Positions 1 to 44,000 of a DNA stretch of 64,000 bases are shown here, piece after piece (the stretch's first letter is position 1; every line of letters starts with the position of its first letter). Source of the DNA: Rhynchobatus australiae (taxonomy: Eukaryota); NCBI GenBank assembly GCA_034780895.1, contig JAUZTB010000069.1, forward strand, positions 15,267,397 through 15,331,396, given 5' to 3'. A model generated the notes under the pieces. That model was not told the origin of the DNA, did no database searches, and worked only from the letters and a program-made list of their open reading frames with translations. The position numbers were made by a program, and so were the translations under genes.

Positions 1-150
1 GAATTTTACTGATTATAGGTTTAAATTAGTTCAATGTTCTCAAACATTTAAGGCAATTGTATAATTAACAACCATAAAATTCAGTGAGAAATCTAGATCC
101 CTCCCTCCCCCCCACCCCTCCTTTTAGGATGATGCACAATGATCTCTGAC

Positions 151-35442
<35,292 letters not shown>

Positions 35443-35780
35443 CTTGCAGAACTTTGATCCTGTAACAAAAATTGTAGCTATTAAGAGTAGAAAATGTGCA
35501 TAGATTTATAAGCAGTCACATTATTGATAACAGATATTAGGTAAAACATTGACTTAAATCGACCTCACCTCAGCCAGTTCATTAAATATAGACCTTGCTC
35601 CATGAAACAAGATGTCATGTTTCCTTTTACCCCATCCAGTAATATATATTTGGTGACCAATACTGGATTTGTGCTACTGCATGGAGATAAAGGAGGCACT
35701 CACTGGATGCACATCTTAACTAATTGGCTGATCTGGTAATTCTCAAGAAAAATAACTGTAGAATTTAGCAAACTGATAGT

Positions 35781-36378
35781 TCTCATTGAAATTAAGAGGC
35801 TTGAAAGGATGGATGAAGAATTGAGGTTCCCCTGGCTGTGGTGTATACAGATGATCTCATTGAAATTCTTAAGAGGCTTGAAAGGGTGGATACAGAATTG
35901 AGGTTCCCCTGGCTGTGGTGTATACAATCAGAGATAAGTCATTCAAGATTGAGAAAAGAACAAATGTCATCATTCAAAGGCTAGTAAATGTTTTAAATAC
36001 TCTATTGAAGAGAATTGTGAAGGGTCAATAGAATTTTGGATATTAAGGGAGCCCAGAAATACGGTGTTAGTAAAGAAACCGCATATGTCTTGGCTCCCTC
36101 AATATCCACAAATCTATCGACCTCAGCCCTTATTACATTAAACCCTCATAACCCTCTTCAATTGAGAATTCCAAACATTCACTACCCTTTGGATGAATAA
36201 ATTTAATCTTTACTCAATTCTGAATGCCTGATTCTATGCACCTCATTCAGGGGAACATTATTTTGTAATAGAAACTGGCACTGAGGTGAAAGATCAGCAA
36301 AGATCTTTTTGAATGGCAGGGCAGACACGAGCAACCAAATGCATTACTCCTGCTTCGATTAATTGACTTCTTATGTTA
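35781..36378 (+). mobile_element. Rearranged CR1 3' fragment with a tandem duplication and an inverted duplication
   Basis: CR1-like body and tail; see findings. Confidence 0.65.
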
Positions 36379-36949
36379 GTTCTCTGTTAACTCTTCCTAC
36401 TTCATATATACCAATGTGCCGAACTAAAGTTTGAGCACGATGACAATGATTTAATATGCAAGTAAAGGCAGCTTTCAGGTGACTGCATTGCTGTAACCTC
36501 CAATCTGACAGCTTGTAATATAGTTACAAAATTGTTATTTTCTTTACACTAGTTCAAAAATTATATTTGAATAACAGTTAAAATGGAGAGACAATATTGC
36601 TTCCAAGGTCCAGATGCCAGGCTGATCCGAGCTGTTATTGGGGAGGGTGGGGTAAGAAACACACTGATTATAGCCTGAGATTTCTTCATAAAAATTCCCA
36701 CTCAAAAGAAAAAGAAAATCTGACCCCTGGTTGGACTGACATTGTACGTATTAAAGAGACTGTAGTTCTGGTTACCATACAGCAGAAAGAATCCTGTACA
36801 AGCATCCTCATATGGAGTAAGGGCACTGCTGATATTAGACAGCCACAATTAACCAAGTTGTTACGCAGGTTGGAAATCATACCCATCTCATTCATTCTCA
36901 ATGACTTCTCCACCCCAGCCTCCACTGCAACTGAATTCAGAAGGTGGGC

Positions 36950-37420
36950 GTTCCGGGTTCATTGGTTTAGTTTCGGACAGGAATTCACAGCGACGTTTAA
37001 TGGGTGTCGAAATCAGAACGAACACGAAGAACTTGTGATGCCGGGTGTGGCGAAGGAGAAAGCGACCGCAAACCCTGAGCCCAGCAGCTGTCAGAACCCA
37101 GGGCTCCCGGGGGCAGGCACCGAACAAAAGACGCGCTCAGCAGATGCATCGCCGATTACTTTAAACGCAAGACATCTATCATCATAAAACAGACCCAACC
37201 TCCAGCAGTTACCTGGTCTCGCCTGCCCGCTGTAACCGCCGTCGCCCCTTTCCCTCGCCCTCCTTTATTATTTTCTTTTAACGATGCACAAGTCGCACCT
37301 CCGCCATGTTGGGAAAGCTCACACTCCGCGGTGCGCTCTGGGAATTGTAGTTCCCCCGGATGCCGAGCGGACTACAACCGACCTCAGGGCGCGAAGGGCT
37401 CTGGGAGCCGAGAAGCAAAA
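36950..37420 (-). promoter_or_regulatory. USP20 CpG-rich promoter with ZNF143/Staf-type ACTACAATTCCCAG site (37338-37352) and YY1-like AACATGGCGG (37301-37310)
   Basis: Local CpG enrichment against a CpG-poor background; motifs read directly on the minus strand. Confidence 0.75.
37213..37320 (-). other. USP20: Probable non-coding first exon of USP20 (5' end approximate)
   Basis: CAG|gtaact donor at 37213/37212 inside a CpG-rich stretch, directly downstream of promoter motifs. Confidence 0.7.
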
Positions 37421-37540
37421 TACCGCAGATGCTGGAGGCCTGAAATAAAACACAGAAAGTATTGGGCATACTCAGTAGGTCAGGCAGCATCTGCGGAGGG
37501 GGAAACGTTTCAGCTCGATGAGCCTTCATCAGAACTAAGA
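37410..37540 (-). repeat. Penelope-like terminal repeat with hammerhead-like core; family copies at ~3868-3962, 21545-21645, 25250-25390, 30540-30635, 31425-31560, 41690-41790, 47849-48047 and 50686-50830
   Basis: Shared consensus CTGATGA.AGGTCAT.GACCTGAAAC.TTAACT...CCACAGATGCTGCCTGACCTGCTGAGT. Confidence 0.65.
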
Positions 37541-38084
37541 CTAAGTGAGAAATGAGGCAGGTTTTTGGATGCAAGGAAGGGGGTGGAATGCCAAGAACAA
37601 GGTTCTGTTTTCACTTCTGGAAGGCTCCAACACTGGATGGCTTAGATATAAGTTAAGTCATTAATAAATTCCATCAGATTTTCAGAAATAAAGTTGGAAA
37701 AAAAAGGAGGACAGCTAGTTCAAATGGAATGAGTCACAAGAAAAGGTGCTGATGGTTTGGTAGAGTTCATGTACCCTGAGCAAGGTGAAGATGAGGAGCT
37801 GGAATATTAGAGAAACAGTGGTGTTAAGGATTATTGCGTGAAAAAATTCAGAAAGGTTCATGTAGACCATCTGCTGCTCGTGGATGATACCCAGGGGATT
37901 GTTGGATGGACATGAAAATGAAACCACCAATTCGACTGCTGTGGTCTATGCTCTTTCCGTTGCCCTTTTCCAGGGTCTCTGGGTTCCCTCTAAGCTACTC
38001 CCAATGCTTGCAGCCTGAGCACCCAGATTCACCTTTTGCTGCAACAGGCCTCAATTGCTCAACTAATCACATTCCTGGAGATTG

Positions 38085-40260
38085 CGGCAAAGAGCCAAGA
38101 GAAGCACTGAGAAAATGATTAGCTATTAACCCATTAAAAATCTCCACAGACATTGACTGAAAGATTTAATTATGCAGTCTACATTTTGCTTCCTTTTAAG
38201 AGTTGCAACACATTACTTCGATGTGTACAGTAGGGCAGTTATAATGCACGAAGTATGGCAAAATTGCAAAACCTGCTAAACGTATCAGTGCTTCACAATG
38301 CACAATGCATTTATTTTGTGTAACCTGTAATAAGACACCAGACCATATTCATAAGTGATGTGTTGATATTCATTTCAAATCAAATTACCATCAAAATGTC
38401 GAACACAAAGGTAATCTGATCTGACTTCAATTGTATCCATGTTTCATTGTAGGACTAAGTCCTGACACTTAATATGCGGCATATTTTGCACTTATTGAAG
38501 CTATCTCAAGCACAAACATACCAGAGGAGAAACCAGGTAACATTTATTAAGAGACCGCAATCCAAAGCAGATTCCTATCAAAAATGCTCTACTTTTCGAT
38601 GTCTAACTTTTCAGGATTACTTACCCAATGTACTTGAAGTACATTATAAGGAACCAACAAGATAAATTAAAATAAAATATGATTCTGTACCCACTGTGTT
38701 TAACAAGTGAACACATAACTATGTACATAACTATGTACTGCATGCTGATGCTGTTCCCTAAATGGGTGGGCGACAAAGTTGCAGTTATTTCTTTGAATTG
38801 TGCTATTTTTAAAATTGTGTATAATTCAACAAAGTCACAAGCTTTCATCAAATGTCTGACAAATTTTGAAACAGAATTTGCTAAGGTGTCCAGGATTGTG
38901 ACTGGCAAAGCCACTGTACTCGAGCATATAATATAGTTTTCAGGGATTATTTTGTAACTTGGTGCACTTACCATGTGTGGTAAAAGTCTGATTACCTGGC
39001 AATTTACTAAGTGCAACACAGCAGTGATTGGCACTTCAGAGGGAATGGTTAAACCAGTGCAAGGACAGTATGAAGAGAGCATTCAGGTTGGCAACCAGAT
39101 TGCACTGAACAAGGACCCAAGCCAATTAAGGATAATCCTGAAGGAGTGCTTGGAATAGAAGTCCAGACAGTGTTGAGGGACAACTTGGGCTGACATTGGG
39201 ATAGCACTTGGGGAGTGCTTGCACTCATGCTGAGGGAGTACTGGTGGAGTTCCCAGGCCATCACCTGGTTAATACGGATATTCGATTAAGCAGCACCTTT
39301 CAAGCCTGGCATGTGTTGCATGATAGAGCTTTTAGTGTAATGTGCATACTGTAAACTTGGCTATCAATCAGTAGCACATTTATTTCTCTCAACCTGACAA
39401 ATTTGCTGCTGCAGTGAAAAATGCGTAGACTGCCCAGTACCCAAGCTGTGTTTGAAAGTTTTCTTTGCAGAGAAACAACAGGTTAATCCTTATAAAGTGG
39501 TTCTGTGGCCACACCAAGTAGTGAATAGGAGGAATTTGTGGTTTGAAGCAACTCTTTACCAAACTGAACAAGTCAACACCGACTGCAAGTCCACTAATTG
39601 CGTGTTACCGCTTTGCATTTAAGTTATGGACGCATTGAACTCTCTGTAAAATGATACAAATATTCCACATGACTTTGACGTCATTGCTCTCAAAGCCAAA
39701 CAATAGATTGAAATTATCAAGTTTTTCAAGATGTGCTCTGTTTCCATTCATCAACAATGCAACACAGTAATGGATTTGACAGATGGGGCAGTAGACAATA
39801 CAAAACAAATTCACGGCAGAGAAGCAAACTAGAATGGATTTCTTCAAGGAGAGTTGGGGAAAACAACAGACTGACTTCGAGAACACTACTGAAAAAGTGA
39901 GGGAAACGTTGCAGACCAGTTCAATGAGGGCCAAAGTTCACTCAGCCAAAATTGCTATTTTTGAAGGTTGTTTGCATATTTGACCCGAAACAAAACCAAA
40001 CATCAGCGAAACAAGCACTTCCTCTGTATTTGAATCCTAACTTTGGCCACGCTGCTAAAGGAAGGCTTGCATCATACAACTTTTATTTTAACAGGTGAAT
40101 CAGTTTCCAGAATGAAAAACCTGTTTTCCTGAAGCAAAAATATTAGTAGGTATCAAATGTCTGAAAAAAACTATTACGATGATTTTCCATCTCACAAATG
40201 TTTGCAATCTTTTGAAATTTACAATAATTAACAAGAGGTAAATATTACTATTCTTCAATT
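38085..40260 (+). mobile_element. Decayed hAT-superfamily DNA transposon with CGGBP1-like transposase (copy 1)
   Basis: Ordered relic motifs across frameshifts and stops: LFCVTCNKTPDHIHK*CVDIHFKSNYH (38311-38391), STNIPEEK, DYLPNV, NSTKSQAFIKCL...VTGKAT, GLFCNLVHLPC, QPKLLFLKVVCIFDPKQ (39943-39993). A homologous copy lies at ~61 kb. Confidence 0.75.
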
Positions 40261-40329
40261 GTGTCTGCCTTGTCTGCAACTTAGCTCCAATGTTTTTTTT
40301 AGTTTGACCTGCAATTTTGTTAGGGCTTT

Positions 40330-40630
40330 CCTGAACACACAACTTACAGCCGGAGGTACCATTTTTTTCAGATAAAGCATTAAATGCTAATTCCTTCCTC
40401 GGATGAGAGAAAATATCCCGTGATACTGCTTTGACAAACAGTAGGAGGGACCGAGATTCCCAGCAATATTTATCCCTCATTCAGTAAAAAAACAGCTTAC
40501 ATGGTATTGCTGATTGTGAGACCTTGCTGTGCATCAATTGGTGCAGTGTTTTCTCCATTGCATCAGTAATTACATTTCAAAAGTATTGTCTTATTAAAAG
40601 CTTCATGTTTCCCTCAGAAAAGTGTGAAGA
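40330..40630 (+). mobile_element. Deu-domain SINE immediately upstream of the C9orf78 promoter
   Basis: CAATATTTATCCCTCA...TGTGAGACCTTGCTGTGCATCAATTGG...TACATTTCAAAAGTA. Confidence 0.6.
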
Positions 40631-40669
40631 CTGTGTACAGCCACAAGTCCAATGCTCTTGGGACCATCG

Positions 40670-41040
40670 CACCCAGTGTTTTGTGGGTAATGTAGTTCAG
40701 CAGCTGCCGGAAGTTCTTTGCGCAGAGCGGAAACTTGTCCGTCTGCCGGAGCTTTCCCGTTGTAAATACGCAGCGTAGCCCGGAGTAGGAAGACGAGAAG
40801 TTTGTGCCGGGTGGTCCCAATAAAACATCAACCGTGAAGAAAAGAAGAAGCTGTGAGGAATGCCAGCGGGGAAAAGTTACAGGAAGAGAAGAGAGGAGGA
40901 GTCGGACGAGGAAGATGAGCAGCGGGTGGTGGAGGTCAGGTGAGAGCCGAAGCCTGGGTCAACAGCGGCCGGGCTGGTAGCTGGACCACTGTTAACGCAC
41001 GTAGGCCCAGGTGTGGGCGGGCTCGCTGGGCACAACACAC
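40670..41040 (+). promoter_or_regulatory. C9orf78 CpG-rich promoter with ZNF143-type ACTACATTACCCACA site (minus, 40682-40697) and ETS/GABP CCGGAAGT (40707-40714)
   Basis: CpG enrichment and motifs 150-180 bp upstream of the ATG at 40860. Confidence 0.75.
40860..40939 (+). CDS. C9orf78: C9orf78 exon 1 (MPAGKSYRKRREEESDEEDEQRVVEV)
   Basis: ATG at 40860, gtgaga donor. Confidence 0.9.
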
Positions 41041-44000
41041 GGGGGATCTGTCCTATACCAAAGCTTCTAGGCACCTAAAATAGCCTTTGATTTAAATGTA
41101 GCTGCCCCTTACTTCATCCTCCATTAAAATGTCCTTCCACTTGGAAAAGGCACCTGATTTTCCTTCTAAATTTTCCTCAACGTTGATAATCCTGTCATTG
41201 TTTATTGGTTATTTAGATGTGGGAAGTATGGGGACATATTTGCTGTGTACTCATTAATATTTTGCCCCCGCCCCCGACTTCTTGTCGATTGTTTTTGTTG
41301 GGGGAAAAACACTTTGTAGTTTCTCAGCGGCACTTGCATTTATTGGTGATGCCAAACTAGATCCCTTCAAAGGAGTGGCTGAGAGTCAAGAATGCAATCA
41401 CATTTAGGCCTCATCAGTGCGACAAGTTTCTTTTACATTCGCACCTGCAGTTTTGCTTTTTCTAATGTTCACAGAAAGTGACAGGTTCGAACCAGCATCA
41501 ACACTTGTGTTAAATTAGTGTAATTTAAAAAAAAATGAAATGATGTAAATATAGATAAAGCATTTGTATTATCTTAAATTATGTCTAGCGGATGTAGGCA
41601 GGATCTTTTAAGTGTAGCAATGGTGCTCTTTTAAAAAAATAAAGCTATAGTGCCACATGGTGTAACATTGAGAAAATGAAAGCAGTCAAGAAGCATTAAC
41701 TGTCCATTTCCCTCCATGGATGCTGCCTGACCCACTGAGTTCCTCCAGCAGATTGTTGCTCCAGATTCTAAAGTCTCTTGTGTGTCATAGAACAGTACAG
41801 TACACACAGAACAGGCCCTTCAGCCCACAATGTTGTCCATAACGTTTAAAGCCTTCTGTTCCAAGCACAAGCCATAAGCTCAATTCCACATCAGTCTCCT
41901 GGAAAATGTCTGTGAATAAGTTATGCTATTTGCAAACCTGGTGTTATAAATGACCCCAGAATGAGCTTTGGACTCTGCTGCCCATGCCCTAATTTGTAGC
42001 CAATGCTGTCTGCACTTTGCTTCTATTTTTCCTGACTAGCATTGGCTCTCAGAGTCATAAAGCAACACAGTACAGATAGAACAAGTCCATACTGACCATG
42101 GTTCCCATCCAGCTAGTCCCAATTTCCTGCGTTTGGCCCATATCCCTTTAAGCCCTGCCCTAGCATGTATCTGTCTAAGTGCTTCTTAAATGCTACTATT
42201 GTACCTGCCTCAACCACTTCCACTGGTAGCTCGTTCCATATACATAAAATCTTTTTTGCACTCTTTCCAGTTTAACCACATCTTTCCTATAACAAGGTGA
42301 CCAAAACCGTACACAGTACTCTAAGTTCAGCCTCACCAATTACTGCAGCATAATGTCCCAACTCCTATACTCATTACCCTGACTGATGAAGGCCAGAATG
42401 CTAAACACTTTTTTCGCCACCGTCTACCTATGGTGCTGCTTTCAACGAACTATGCACTTGTACTCCTAGCTCCCTCCGTTGCATTACACTCCCTAGCGCC
42501 CTACCATTCATAGTATAAGTCCTATGCTGGCTTGACTTTCCAAAATGCGTGACCTCGCACTTATCTGGATTGAGATCCATTTGCCATTCCTCAGCACACC
42601 ACTAGTCACTGGCCTCCATTCCGAAGAACAAACTTCAACCACCCCCCGATGTTTCCTACCTTCGAGCCAATTTTGAATCCACCTAGCTAGCTCTCCCTGG
42701 ATTCCGTGGGACTGAACCTTCCACGCCAGCCTACCATGCAGCCCTTGTTCAAGGCTTTGCTGACGTCCAAACAGACAACATCCACTGCCCTACTCTCATG
42801 TCATCTGCCCTACTTTTGGGGTGGCAGGGTAGCATAGTAGTTAGTGCAACGCTATTACAGCGCCAATGATCGTGGTTCGATTCCCGTTGCTGTCTGTGAG
42901 GAGTTTGTACGTTCTCCCGTGTCTGCGTGGGTTTCCTCCAGGTGCTCCGGTTTCCTCCCACATTCTAAAGACTTACGGGTAGGTTAATACGGGTTTAAAT
43001 AAAAATGGGCAGTGTAGACTTGTTGGGCCGGAAGGGCCTGTTACCACACTGTAAATAAAATTTAATTTAAAAAATAATAATTTAATATTGGTTAGACCTC
43101 AGCTCAAGTACTGCATGTAGTTCTGGTCACCACACAATAGGAAGAGTATGATAGCATTACAGAGAAGAGTCGCCAGGATGAGACTAGAAAAGCTAAGTCC
43201 GTTTCCCCTGGAGCAGAGAAGGTTAAGAGGGAGAATTAACTGGGGTATATAAAATTAAGAGGGGTAAACATAGGGTAGAACTTCAGGAAACTGTTCCCCA
43301 TATCTGAGGTAGACAAAACTAGAGGATATAGATTTAGGCTGAGGCATAAGGGATTTAGAGGGGATCTGAGGGGGATCCTTTTTACCCAAAGAGTGGTGAG
43401 TATCTGGACTACAGTGCATGAGAGGGTGGTGGAAGCAGAGTTGCTGACAGCATTTAAGAAGGAACTAGATGAATACTTGAGTTGCCTAGGCATAGAAGGC
43501 TACAGGCCAACTTCTGGAAAACGGGGTTAATGCGGATGAACTCCCACTGGTCAACACGGTTTTAGTAGTCTGAATGGCACATTTTTGCGCTGTCTGGCTC
43601 TGTGACTCAATGACTCTGTGACTCTCTAAGACTTGAATTTATATTTATATAGAGGAAGGGGAAGTCGGGAGAACACACAGCAGTCCTCAGCAGTGGAAAG
43701 GATGAGCAGCTTCAAGATCCTGGGCATTAACATCTCAGACGATTTATCCTGGCCCCAACACATTGATATAATCATGAACAAGACACGCCAGCAGCTCTGC
43801 TTCAAGGACTTTGAGGAGATTTGGTATGCCACCAAAGATTCTTGCAAATTTCTACAGATGTACAGTGGAGAGCATTCTGACTGGTTGCATCACTGCCTGG
43901 TGTGGAAGCTCCAATGTGCAGGATCAAAAGAGGCTGCAGAGGGTTGCAGACTCAGNNNNNNNNNNNNNNNNNNNNNNNNNNNNNNNNNNNNNNNNNNNNN

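Noticed and set aside
36597-37187. 196-aa + strand ORF, the longest gap-free ORF in the track
   Set aside because: Starts at TTG, has no recognisable motif, and runs antisense through USP20 intron 1 into the CpG-rich region where stops are scarce; most likely chance.
37971-37996. CAGGGTCTCTGGGTTCCCTCTAAGCT as a candidate left terminus of the hAT fossil
   Set aside because: I found no matching inverted end or 8-bp target duplication near 40.2-40.4 kb, so it is unsupported.
39191-39235. HWDSTW...THAE as the TRW motif of hAT copy 1
   Set aside because: Does not align convincingly with the clearer TRRN...YH segment in copy 2 and may lie in an insert.
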